Below are positions 37,791 through 51,549 of a stretch of DNA of 64,000 bases, piece by piece (within the stretch, counting starts at the first letter, position 1; each line of letters opens with the position of its first letter). The notes beneath the pieces are model-generated. The model did not search any database, was not told the origin of the DNA, and was given only the letters and a program-made list of their open reading frames with translations. The stretch spans positions 26,722,001 through 26,786,000 of the forward strand of contig OZ024758.1 in assembly GCA_964016885.1 (NCBI GenBank). The letters run 5' to 3'. Source of the DNA: Eledone cirrhosa. Its lineage: Eukaryota. The position numbers and the translations under genes were made by a program.

Positions 37791-38656
37791 GTTAAGGAAA
37801 CTTGGGGGAAGCAAACGTTAATTTTATAGGACAGAAATGAAAATGATATGGTGTTGTTATTAATAATTGTTTCTACTTTTGGCACAAGGCCAGCAATTAC
37901 TCCAGTGCATTACTGGTACTTTATTTTATCGACCCCCGTAAGGATAAAAGGCAAAGTTAACCTCGGCAGGATTTGAACTCAGAACGTAAAGGACCATAAC
38001 TCTGTGCTGCAAAGCATGGTGTCTGACACTCCACCGATACTGCCATATCTTGTTGTTTGTATTGTTATTTTTATTATAAGGAAGAAGGAGTTAGTTGCAT
38101 TTTGCTAACTTGTTGAATTTTTATAAATGTGGACCTATATATTGAGTGAGGGGTCCTGAGGACCAATGACCTCAGGAAGACTGCTATAAGATAAACATTT
38201 ATTTTGTTTATCCCGATTTTAATTAGATAATGGAAATATTCAAGATAGAGAAAAACCAAAAAGTCAGCACTATTGTGGTTGGTTATATATAAAGAAGTGT
38301 TATGTTTCCATAGCACAATTTACCAAAGTTTAGTTGTTTAAAAGTTACATTTGTATTTCATTATATTTTTTACTTACAAAAACAACTTTCATCACTTATT
38401 TTGTTTAAAGAAGCATATATTGGGATATTTTAACTTATATATTTTTCTTTGAAGTGCAAGTATCTGAAAGCTGAGATAATTTCTAAATACATTTTTCTTC
38501 CTAACAATCCATAGTATGTAGTGTTATTTTAGAAAGAACTCTACCTCCAACTTACATCTATATTTTAGATCAATATCATCTGATATTTTTTCATATATGT
38601 TTTCTCTTAATATCATGTAATTCTGACATCTCTCTCTCTCTATATATATATATATA

Positions 38657-38847
38657 TAGGAACAAGTAAGACCCCGACGGCTGAGCTCAAGCCGTTTCGA
38701 CGGCTAATTCTGTACTGAATTAGCCGTCGAAACGGCTTGAGCTCAGCCGTCGGGGTCTTACTTTTTCCTATTACCCACTCTACTACCCTAAGTATTGAGT
38801 ACTTTGGTGCGTTATGGTCCACCTGGTTCCTTACCACATTTCCTTCG

Positions 38848-38850
<3 letters not shown>
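38657..38850. mobile_element. Fold-back element F1 copy 2, in (TA)n
   Basis: Arms 38657-38710 / 38717-38770; tail with gtattgagtac to 38850. Confidence 0.85.
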
Positions 38851-38903
<53 letters not shown>

Positions 38904-40934
38904 TCTGACCACAAAACCTCTCCTTGAAGTCAAATACTTATAATATGAAAACTTATTCTTACAATATTGGTGGCTACAGTTGCATAAACTAATAAAGTTT
39001 CATGTGGTATTGGTATTGGTTGATATCAAAGACACTCGATGTGTGCCCCTTTTGTAGCTCAGCAAACATCAATGCGATAATCAAGCTGAGTGTTTTTGTG
39101 GATATCCTGTATATATAGGTTTTTTTAATTGTGTGCCAATAATAACTTAGAAGTTAATGTCCATAACAGTTTCTTGCTTTAGTATATCTAAATAAAAAGA
39201 AGCACTATTTAGACCCCACAACTTAATGGTTTCTTTCAAATCTTTGAATTTATGGAATTATATTCACTCATGTTGTGAAGGCATGTGGCCTAGTGGTAAG
39301 GGTGTTGGACTTACAATCATAATGTTGTGGGTTCGATTCCTGGGCTGGGTTTTGTGTTGTGTTCTTGAACAAAACACTTCATTTCATGTTGTTCTAGTAT
39401 TCTGAGCTGGGAGTTTAACCATAATGCAGTGGACTGGCATCCTGTCCAGGGAGAGTCTTGTACTCTCAGTGGCTTCATGCCATGAAACCGGGGTAAGCAC
39501 TGGCTCAACACGCTGTTTTCAGTGAATGAGGGCATACATGCATATTGTGGAATCTTCTAACTCATTGAGTTGTTAAGAAATTATGTAATATTTTGTCTTG
39601 GGGTAGGCTGTGGGGCTATAACTGAGCTCAGTAGTGAAAGCATCATATCAGTCTGTTTCCTTGTGTTTAGCTTATATTGTATTGCATTGGCAATGTGTCC
39701 TTATTCCATAAGATGCTGTCTGATGATGTCACGTGATTGGTTGTGTGATCAAAGCATTACAGAGCCATGAGCACCATAGAAATGTGTATGATGGAGTATA
39801 TATACAATAAGGTATAATGAAGATGTTTATAAATTCTTGATGCATGTGGGTTTTAAGAATAAAGGAATTACAGACATTTGCACCAGACATTCTTTCACAC
39901 AGCACTATCCTCCCCCATCGCCACCAACAGCCTGTCGAACATATCTTAATTACCCCTTCTCAATTAAATCCCCCTGCTTCACCTCGAGTATTCTTTTATT
40001 TATACTGTGAATGTTATTGAAAAGTTAGTTCTTGCCTAATGACCCCGTGATAAACAGGCGAAACTCCAGGGTAACAAGATGCACTATTTAGCCTTAATGA
40101 AATGAATATATATATATATATACCAATAATAATAAATTTGAAGACTAAAATCCAAAGAGGGCTCGATAAGGATAAATATATAAGAACCATAGAGCAAATA
40201 TATACATACATACATACATGCATACATACAATGGCTAGATTTCATAACTAATTACGAAATAGCCATGATACGTATTTCTGTGGTGAAATGGTTATTCCAT
40301 GATACCATAACACAATCCATGACACGCTGTCTTCAGATTGCCCAATACGTAATCCGTTTGTAATGTATATGTAAGGCCTGTAATTAAAGAAGTTATGAAG
40401 TCTAGCCTTCGTATTGTATTATTAATGTATTTAACTCCGCTACCCATATGATAACTTTAACTTTGGCCCAGACCATGTTTAGTTTAATAGCACCACCAAT
40501 AATACCACATCAAAATTGGTAGAATTGCACTTTTTTGCACTGTGGTTTTGCTGATTGTGACAATCACAGCCCTGGCTACCAATTAGGAAAAATCTTATAA
40601 CACAAGGATATCATCATCATCACCGTTTTACGTCCGATCTTCCACGCTAGCATGGGTTAGACGGGTTGTCCTGTTGTGGGCAGTGTCCGCTCAGCTGACC
40701 TTGTCTTGCTCATACGGGAACTGATTCTGGCTTGATTTCTACAGCTGGATGCCCTTCCTAACACGACCACTTTGCAATGGAATGATAGGGACCCCAGTCC
40801 TATTATCTCATTTGTACAGCTGAGTAAACTGGAGCAATGTGAAATAAAGTGTCTTGCTCAAGGAAACAACACAACGGTCTGAGAATTGAACTCACAACCT
40901 TTTGATTGCAAGGCCAATACTCTAACCACTATGC

Positions 40935-41007
<73 letters not shown>

Positions 41008-41009
<2 letters not shown>

Positions 41010-41378
41010 CTAGGGCGGGTAAAATTCCGGAGATCCATGGACGAGTTCTCTTCAGTGGTCTCTGTCCCTCACTATCGCTGCCATGTCCTTCGTCTGTAAC
41101 AGACCAGTGTCTGTCCTTAGGGCGTCAACATACGTTAACCTTGGTCTTCTGCTTCCAGTCTGTCCATGTAGGGGCTCCCACAGGAGCACTGATTGGGAAT
41201 ACGGAAGATGATGTGGTTGAGAGGAAGAGCAAAGCCTGGGCGGCGTGCCACAGCTTGAGATCGGTGTGGAAGTCGGACATTCGTAAAGACCTGAAAATCC
41301 GCCTCTTCATTGCTGTAGTGGAGTCTGTGCTGCTGTACTGGTCTGAGACTTGTACACTGACCAAGAGACTCACTCAGA
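41008..41378. mobile_element. RTE LINE fragment with 5' inversion
   Basis: 41008-~41195 is the 3' end on minus (homologous to 63200-63390); ~41200-41378 on plus encodes the upstream segment RKSKAWAACHSLRSVWKS..KIRLFIAVVESVLLYWSETCTLTK. Confidence 0.75.
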
Positions 41379-41723
41379 TATATATATAAAAGATGCTGAG
41401 CTTACATAAATCGTTTAATCATTATAATTATTTCTACGCTTCTCCATGCAATCGAGAAGTTCTTCATGCATTTGTTGTTGTTGTGAGAACGGTATCCTCA
41501 GATGAAAACCGATTTATTTGATATTCCGCCAGCAGGAAAAACACACGTCCTTTTGCTCGTGTACCCAGCAAACATATGAGTCCCTAAAAGGGTCTCCCAT
41601 ATATATATATATATATATATATAGTAATAATAATAAATGTGAAGGAACAGATTAAAGTTTGAGTTTCAGAAGACCCCGTTAAGGGTGAAAGTAGCGATTC
41701 TTTGCTCAAACATTAATCTGTTA

Positions 41724-42234
<511 letters not shown>

Positions 42235-42832
42235 TGAATGCATAGTTGTTGTAAATGTTAAAGCCCTTTATTGATAAGGCTGTGTGTTACATATTTCAAT
42301 GACGACAGGGGCCAGGTTATTCCACAGAACCAATGTCATGATCTCATCAGACAACTTTATTACATAAGGTCCTCGGGGCAATCCAAATTAAAACAAGGGA
42401 ACAGACACCCTGTATATGTGTGTATGTATGCATGTATGTGTAAATATGTATATACACATGTGCATATGTATGTATATGCGCGGGGACATAGAAATAGTCG
42501 GGCTGGACACCCGATCGCGCGGTATTGGCCCTTCTCCACTGGGAGTGTAGGACCCCCTAGCCTTTTTCAGGGCATTCTTCTAGGTGAAGGCAACTCAGGA
42601 AACTGGGATAACTCCGATACAAAACCTGCGGCTCAGTAGTTACCGATGATGTTGATCTTTTCTTCTTTTCGGGTTATAGCTACTGTCGCTCAGAGAGTGG
42701 GATTGGCTCAGTGCACAGTCTTTCCTCACTTAAAAAAAATATCTTCACGCACAGGCATTGCACGATAGAATTAATTAATAATTATTAATAATGGTATATC
42801 GTGCAATGGCCATACTCGATAACGAGGGGGCA

Positions 42833-42863
<31 letters not shown>

Positions 42864-42865
<2 letters not shown>

Positions 42866-43308
42866 CGATATTAAATAAATGGAAACTATATTTATAAAAC
42901 CATATTTATTTCATTATATATATTTCGGGGATATCATATTAACAATATGTTATGCCTTCCTCAGACAAAATACAATATAGACAGTTTTATAGATAAATAG
43001 ATTTGACATACCGTTCAACATCGACTTGTATTTGAAAAAGTTGATTTGGCAGTCAAATACAAGTCGATGTTGAACGGTATGTCAAATCTATTTATCTATA
43101 AAACTGTCTATATTGTATTTTGTCTGAGGAAGGCATAACATATTGTTAATATGATATCCCCGAAATATATATAATGAAATAAATATGGTTTTATAAATAT
43201 AGTTTCCATTTATTTAATATCGTAAATATACTCCAAATACTTGTTGAGTGCTTTTATATCAGTTATAAATATTTACTAGTTGTAACCCAACAATTTAAAT
43301 ATAACTTT

Positions 43309-43311
<3 letters not shown>
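42864..43311. mobile_element. (TA)n-embedded fold-back element, family F2 (172-bp arms plus 87-bp tail)
   Basis: 42864-43035 and 43053-43224 are reverse complements; tail has gttgagtgc; relatives at 19261-19425 and 56749-57072. Confidence 0.88.
43116..43181 (+). ncRNA. Minimal type-I hammerhead ribozyme motif (mirror copy at 42907-42972 on -)
   Basis: tattttgt CTGAGGA aggcataa catatt gtt aatatg atatcccc GAAA tatata TA atgaaata. 8-bp stem I (2 G-U), hairpin stem II, palindromic stem III, AUA triplet. Confidence 0.65.
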
Positions 43312-43339
<28 letters not shown>

Positions 43340-43343
<4 letters not shown>

Positions 43344-43457
43344 AACCAGTAAGACCCCATTGGGGTCTTACTGGTTCCTATTACCCACTCTACTACCTCA
43401 AGTATTGAGTACTTTGGTGCGTTATGGTCCACCTGGTTCCTTACCACATTTCCTTCG

Positions 43458-43460
<3 letters not shown>
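43340..43460. mobile_element. Fold-back element F1 copy 3 (20-bp arms)
   Basis: taggaaccagtaagacccca-t-tggggtcttactggttccta, plus the same tail as 38770-38850. Confidence 0.85.
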
Positions 43461-43503
<43 letters not shown>

Positions 43504-44660
43504 CCCGTGCTAGCGTGGAAAGTGGACGTTAAACGAGGATGATGATGATGATGATGAGATATATATATAATCATATATACATACATAGTGTCCCAAAAAT
43601 GTATACACACTTTGATTACCTGTACAGGCAATATTTATGAGAATGCTGTTGAAATGTTTATACACTCTGTATACATATGCCAACAGCAGTGCTAACAGCG
43701 TTATTGTATTTGTTATACCTGCATAACTGAATTAATGTTTACACCTTCCAATAAGTACTTTAATAGAAACAATTACACCAACTATACTCTCTCTAATAGT
43801 CTTTGTATCTATTTTATTTACTGTTGTAGCCACTTTTATTTAGCAATTTTATTTTTATTATTTTCTATCAAATAAAAGCTTTTACAAAAATATAAATGAA
43901 TAAATCACAAAAGGCTATTGTATTTAAAAAATGTAATATTCCCATCATAAAAATTCTGTTTTCATACCGTAGTATTTATCAATAGAAAGAACGGCTCAAC
44001 ATGCCAAACTTTGTACATCTTTGTTAGAAATATCTCTTTCTAGAACTATTGTATCTCACTGTATATTATCAGTTATCGCCTACTTTCCATAACCTTTACA
44101 TATGTGCCATAACATCGTTATACAATATAGGCATATTGTATTCTGTGGAGGTGCGTGCCCTAGTAGTAAGGGTGTTGGGTTTACGATCATAATGCCGTGG
44201 GTTCGATTCCTGGGCTGCGTTGTGTGTTGTGTTGTTGAGCCAAACTCTTCATTTCATGTCGCTCCAGTATACTCGGTTGAAAATGAGTAACAGCAATAGC
44301 TGGGGATTTGATCCTGTGATAGACTGGCGTCCTATCCGGGGGGTGTCCTGTACTCTCAGTCGCTTCACGCCATAGAAACCGGGATCAACGCCAACCGGAG
44401 GATCATCCAGGTTCGAGACAGACTTTTAGAAACTTTATCATACTTTATTCTAGTATTGCATTCAGCATGAGAAATGGCTCCATGATATCACTTACAGTTA
44501 TATCAGACACATTCAGGTTTGTGTTCATGAGAAACTCTGTATTCAATCTTTAGAAATTGAGGCAACCAGGCTCACTAAAGTCTATTTTAGTTACTTTCCC
44601 AAAGTCACCACTAGAAGTCCTAGAACATAGATTAAGCTGGACAACAAATTAATTGCAACA

Positions 44661-44857
44661 CAGACCTGCCAACCTCTAAAAACTCAATCGGGGAGTACCA
44701 TGGAAAAAAAGTGCCCCCCCAAACGTGGGAGAAATGAGGGAAAATCAGATTTTACATAATTAAAGCTATATCTATTTTCACAAGAGAAGACATCTCTCAC
44801 TCACCCCAAAGTGGGTGGCAGATCTTGCCCGTCGGACGGGGAGAGCTGACAGGTCTG
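44661..44857 (+). mobile_element. MITE with CAGACCTG TIRs
   Basis: cagacctgccaacctc ... gagagctgacaggtctg; homologous to 424-568. Confidence 0.7.
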
Positions 44858-46708
44858 AAACTGATGATTTACTCTGACAGGTCTGGCTACATATCTTGAC
44901 TACCTACGAACTCCTCTACTCAACATAACTAAACATCACAATCTATAACATATAAAAAGTTTTAGTGTACTTCATCTATTGGTGCTTTCATATTTGATTA
45001 GTTACCTCCTCTACAGCGGTAGCTGGATGATCGATATACCAATATTGTGTCTCCTGACGGGGAAGGGAGCGCTCACGTAAAACCTGAGAAGTGGTAATCA
45101 GGAATTATCTGCAAGCCTAGAACTTGAACCAAAACCTTTCCGTGGAACGAACTCTCTGGGGGGATGCTTTGAGAGAGCTTACCAAAGCGTCCAATGTTCG
45201 TGACAAATAAAGAAGACGTTAAACAAGACATGGGAAAGGGTAATTAGGGATGATCTAGAAGTCTGGAACTTGTACCAAAACCTTTCCCTGGAACGAACAC
45301 TCTAGAGAGATGATATGAAATCCTGGAACTTGGACCAGAACCCATCCCTGGAACGAATTTTGGAGAGATGTTTTGAAAGTGGCTACCAAAACATCCAATG
45401 TTTCTAACAAGTAAAGACGTTAAATTAGATGACGATCATCATCATCATCATCATCATCATACGTCCGCTTTTCCCGGCTTGCAAGGGTAGGGCGGGAACT
45501 GATTCTGGCTTGATTTCTACAGCTGGATGCCCTTCCTAACACCAACCTCATTTACAGTGAGTGCTGGGTGCTTTTTTACCGTGGCACCTACACGTCCACT
45601 TTACAGTGAGTGCTGGGTGCTTTTTTGTCGTGGCACCTCCACGACCACTTTGCAGTGGAATGATAGGGACCCCAACCCCTATCATCTCATTTCTACAGCT
45701 GAGTGAACTGGAGCAATGTGAAATAAAGTGTCTTGCTCAAGGAAACAACACATCACCCGGTCTGAGAATTGAACTCACAACCTTTCGATTGCAAGCCCAA
45801 TGCTCTAACCACTAAGCCATGTGCCTTCATCGATGTTGATGATAATGACGATGATAATGACATTGATAATGACAACGGCGATGATGCTTATACTACAGGC
45901 CCATCCAACCGTGGCCACTAAACAACCGCAGCTTGGTGAGCTTATAATACATCGTTGCCATATGTATCTGTCCCAGTTCCACACAACATGGTCTTCAATC
46001 CTTTATTGTTATTTATTTCATTGCAGCCATCATCATTGTTTTTTTTTTTACCTCGGTGTCTACCACAGATACTTGTTATCACAAATTGGATGTTTTATTA
46101 TTTTATTATTATTATTATTTTTTATTTATTTTTATTTATTTATTTTTTCATCTGAATGAAATTACAGTAAACTTCTGCTGCCTTTTACAATGGCTTACAT
46201 TTTCAGCTGCAGGACATGTACATTATTTCAATTTGTTGCCGAGAAATCTGCAGAGATAATTATCTAGTCGACAAAAGTTGTCTTTCGCCGCCACCACCAG
46301 CACAAGCAATCACAAACCCAGCTGAAGAATAATGAGACTGTTGACACCTTTTGTACACATAATAGCAGCAATAATAACAGTGTCTGCTTTTTCACTGCTT
46401 TGATGCAGGAATTATGTTACCTGCGTGTCTCTCTCTTTCTCATTTAGCTACTGACTTGCCTTCTTTATAGGTGTATCCATTCTTCTTGTAGATTTCTTTC
46501 AATTTACGTTTGAAAACGTCTTTATTCATTAGTTGTTATATAGTGAGTGTATATAGTGAGTGTATATAGTAAGCGTATATAGTAAGCGTATATAGTAAGT
46601 GTAGATGAAAACATGTTCAGGTATGCTATTCCTAATTGAAAATTATCACAGCGAAAAATATTCATATGGTATAAGAAACTGATAGAACTCACCATTCCTC
46701 TGTGAATG

Positions 46709-46752
<44 letters not shown>

Positions 46753-46787
46753 GTGTGTATGTATTATATGCATGTATCATATATATG

Positions 46788-46827
<40 letters not shown>

Positions 46828-46975
46828 AGTTATATGCATGTATCATATATATATATGTATGTATTATATATATATGTATGTATTATATATATATGTGTGT
46901 GTATTATATATATATATGTGTGTGTGTGTGTGTATTATATATATATGTGTTATATATATGTATTATATATATATA

Positions 46976-47041
<66 letters not shown>

Positions 47042-47666
47042 CCATCTAAACCCATGCTAGCGTGGAAGATAGACGTTAAACGATGATGATGATGATATAC
47101 ATACATGCTACCTAACTCTTTTACATTCCACATTTTAACATTCCACATTCTAACAACAACTAGATTGCTTATTTTTCAATTGCACAGATAATCAATTTGT
47201 TTTGTAAAGCTCTTAGTTTTCTTATTTGTGACGATATGTTAGGTTGCTGTTAGACATCTTCTTCCTTGCGTAATATGTAACAGTATTGTATCTCTATTAG
47301 TATTGAAGTCAGGCTTACAGAAAACGATGTCGTGGTTTGCAAATTTAGATTAATATTAGATTTTCCTAGTCATTTTGTTATTGTCTTTTGAAGTATTGTG
47401 GAAGAATATGTAGATATAGTGAAGGCGCGTTGGCTTAGTGGTTATATCATTTGATTCGCAATCGTGAGGTTGCGGGTTGGATTCCCGGACTGGACGCTGC
47501 GTTACATCCTTGAGCAAGACACTCTATTTCACGTTGCTCCTTCTGCCAGGATTTGCAACCAGTAGATAGTATCACCGATGGAAACTTTGTTTCCTTGGTC
47601 CGATTTGACGAGTTCCATCTCACTTGGTAAACAAATGAGGTCTGAATAAGCTTTAAGTATAGCATA

Positions 47667-47750
47667 TACAGGGTGTCCCCCCAAAATGTATACGCACTTC
47701 AATAACATTCTAATGAAAGTGTGTATACATTTTGGGGGGACACCCTTTAT
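47667..47750. mobile_element. Tiny Tc1/mariner-type palindromic MITE
   Basis: tacagggtgtcccccaaaatgtatac ... gtatacattttgggggacacccttta. Confidence 0.75.
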
Positions 47751-48540
47751 ATCATTAAATGCACACCTGATCAAGTATGAACACACCTGAGTATACATTC
47801 GTTAACCTTTTCATTATCATATTTCTAATGAAATACACTATCTTAATTAATTAATGAACAATTTGGAGTGATTTACTAAAATCATTAATTATTTCTGTAA
47901 GATGAGGTAACGAAAAAGTAAGTTACCTGGTAATCTTTGTTTTGTTCTTTCTTCTGTCCTAATATTTCGGGATCTCAAATCCCTTCTTCAGAGTTTAAGG
48001 AACTTTCAGAGACTGTTTCGGTTTCTTCTCTTTGGGATTAATTTTAGATTTAAGTCGTTTTCAAGCGTTTTTTTAATTTTTTTTTTTTAAGATAAAATTT
48101 GTAACACAACTTAAAAAAAGGGTTCTTATATGAAATTATTTTAGAAGAATTTAAATTAAATAGGGTTTCTGTAACACGAGTGGTTTGGGTTCACAATGAG
48201 AAGCGGTTTTGGGTGCAGGTTGATATCAAGAAGATTAATCACTGGTAACAACCCATACAGATATATACCAGCAAGTTACGCTTTCTCGCCGATACTCCCA
48301 GCTTGTCACCAACCATTGTTGCCGGCTTGCGTGTTCGTCACCCGAGACGTTTTATGTTCGTAAACCGATTTGTTCGTGAGAGGCATTCGTGAACCAAAGT
48401 TTCACTATATGAATAGCATAGGAGGATGGCGTGAACATTTCTGAACAGCTATCAGCATTTCTTTGATTCAGTTTATCTGAATCAGGAGCTGGCTGTAGGC
48501 CTATCACTGTCCCTCTCCTATAACACAGATCAAAAGCTTG

Positions 48541-48865
48541 CTGACAAACCCACACAGAAATGTGTAGCTAGATCCTCTGACAAACCCACACAGAAATGTG
48601 TAGCTAGATCCTCTGACAAACCCACACAGAAATGTGTAGCTAGATCCTCTGACAAACCCACACAGAAATGTGTAGCTAGATCCTCTGACAAACCCACACA
48701 GAAATGTGTAGCTAGATCCTCTGACAAACCCACACAGAAATGTGTAGCTAGATCCTCTGACAAACCCACACAGAAATGTGTAGCTAGATCCTCTGACAAA
48801 CCCACACAGAAATGTGTAGCTAGATCCTCTGACAAACCCACACAGAAATGTGTAGCTAGATCCTC
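48541..48865. repeat. 36-bp minisatellite, 9 identical units
   Basis: ctgacaaacccacacagaaatgtgtagctagatcct repeated with no spacers. Confidence 0.97.
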
Positions 48866-49406
48866 TCTTTAGTTCATAATAAGGATAAAGATCTCATAAC
48901 TCCTTGTGGGGTCGTAGAGGTACCGTCATACGGGGGTGTGTAGGGCACTTTTGAACCTGGCGGAGCCCAACCCTCTCCAGGTCTGAACACAGTCGGGTTT
49001 TTTTCTATAGAGGTAGAATCGACCCCGGTACTGGACTGGTACTTTTTTTTATCGACCTCGAAAGGATGAAAGGCAAAGTTGAACCCGGTGGGATTTGAAC
49101 TCAGAGCATGCAATGAAGTGGTACGTATACCGTAAAACATTCTACCCGACGTCTTAACTGATCAAAAGCTTGCTGACACAGAAATGTGTAGCTAGATCCT
49201 CTCTTTAGTACAGAATATCCAATATCAAAGTGATACACTTCACTGTGTCCTTTGCATGTTAATTACATGATGGATGGAGAAAGAAACCTAACGCAGCTAT
49301 GTCATATATTCGTGGTAACTTCTTCAATTGAAATATTGTATGTCTCTTTACTGCCGTGTTGTTAGATTAATGAAAATGTGGAGGAAACCCAGCAGTTTAA
49401 TGTGCA

Positions 49407-49447
<41 letters not shown>

Positions 49448-51193
49448 CTACAACTGTTGTGTGTGTGTTGTTTTGCTAACTAAAGCTACTCTCTCTCTCT
49501 CACTCTCTCTCTCTCTCTCTGTGTTGGTAACTAAAGCTACTCTGTCTCTCTCTCTCTCACTCTCTCTGTGTTGGTAACTAAAGCTGCTATTTAGTAATGA
49601 AGCAGAAAGTTTACGTGTTGGCAATAGTTTTGTTGATTTTTCCTTGTTTTTATGATGTTTTGTTGTTTTATTTTTGTGCTTCTGTTTGAAACCTTCTAGA
49701 GTGATATTAATTAATGTACTAGAGTTATATTAAAATGTCATCACTAGCCAACTTGAACTCCTGCCTGTGACTTTTATTAGGAAGCATCAAAAGCTGGTGC
49801 AATGACAGATAGACATAGTGTGAAAATACTAATTATAGAAATGTGTGTGTGGGCTTGCATGGTGTCCTTTGTAGAAGACTAGTTGCTGGAGCCATAGTCT
49901 GCCAGTTTACACATACACAATATGTCCACATACATTTTGTTTGTATATTTATAATCCATGTGATTTGTAATAGAGAAGACGACTTTCATAAAAAGAGAGT
50001 AATGGGGAAATACCTGTTAGTCTTTATAATAGACAAAACATGTATTTAATAGTACGTATTGGGATTATGGGAAAGTAAAAAAAAAAAAAGATATGTATAA
50101 ACAATAAATGAAAAGATTTGCAAAATAAGAAAAATGCTGAGAAATGAAAACTATGAAAAACCTAAGGAAAGGAGATAGAAAGGACCGAGAAATGTGAGAG
50201 AGAGCAAAGAGAATTTGTAATTTTAACAAGAACATGTTGATCGCACTTATTGTGTGTTTCTAGAATAAAATCAACTTGTTCTTAGTACAAAGTCATCTGC
50301 ACTCATAAGATGTTAAATAGTTGCTTTTGTTTTATATGGATTTGTTCATGTTGTTTATGTTGTCGTAGTCTTCAGTATAGTGTTCATTGCAGTGGGACTC
50401 CGTCGGTTACGACGACGAGGAATATTGCTGTTGATACGATCAAACAGAACAGCCTGCTCGTGAAATTAACGTCCAAGTGGTTGAGCATTCCACAAACACG
50501 CGTACCACTGACATAGTTCTCCGGGAGATTCACTGTGACACAGAATGTGACAAGGCTGGCCCCATCGAATTACAGACACAACTCATTTTTGCCAGCTTAG
50601 TGGACTGGAGCCACGTGAAATAAAGTACCTTGCTCAATGAGACAGCGCGCCGTCGGAAATCGAACTGACGAACTTACGATCATAAGCAGAATACCCTAAC
50701 CACAAAGCCACACACCTTCACAGTATTCATTAATATTGAAATATATAGCAAATCTATTTTAGGATAAGGACAAAAACTCACTCAGTAAAAGATAAGATAA
50801 AATCTATAGTTTTGTTTATAGTTAACATTATCTTCATCATTATTATCTCTTTTGGCAGTATCGGTAGAGAGTCGGACGCCATGCTTTCCAGCATAGTTAC
50901 GTCCCTTTACGGTCTGAGTTCAAATCCCGCCGAAGTTGACTTTGCCTTTCATCCTTACGGGGTCGATAAAATAAAGTACAAGTAATGCACTGGGTAATTG
51001 CTGGCCTTGTGCCTAAAGTAGAAACAATTATCTCTTATAGGGCGGTGGATCGGTAGAGCGTCAGACACCATGCTTTTCAGCATAGAGTTACGGTCCTTTA
51101 CGTTCTGGGGTCGATAAAATAAAGCACCAGTAATGTACTGGGATTGATTTAACCGACTTTGCCCTCTACCAAAATTGCTGGTCTTGTGCCTAT

Positions 51194-51549
51194 ACAGGTG
51201 TACCCCCGGCATTCGCGTTCCGGTTATTCGCGGAAATATCCTTACAACTTAACTAATAATTTTTCGTGGAAACCTCCGCATATTCGCGGAATCGTAAATG
51301 TCCTTCGCGATTTTTTATGGGTTTTTTCGTGGCAATATATATATTTTTTTAACGCTAAATTATTAATAACAATATAATGTATTTGCCGGCCTATTGGACG
51401 CCCCTCCACATAAAACCTCCCTTTTTAAAAAAAAATTATGTTTTGACGTCTATAGACATTGTTTACGAACCACATCCGATATTCGCGGTTGTCCGCTCTT
51501 CGCGGTTGCCTAAGAAGGTAACCCCCGCGAATACCGGGGGACAACTGTA
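51194..51549. mobile_element. pogo/Tigger-type MITE (second copy from 63627, SINE-interrupted, runs off the window end)
   Basis: tacaggtgtacccccggcattcgcg ... cgcgaataccgggggacaactgta TIRs with TA ends. Confidence 0.78.

Noticed and set aside
48541-48865. 36-bp repeat of CRISPR-like length and a 103-aa repeat ORF
   Set aside because: Units are directly adjacent with no spacers; the ORF exists only because 36 is divisible by 3.
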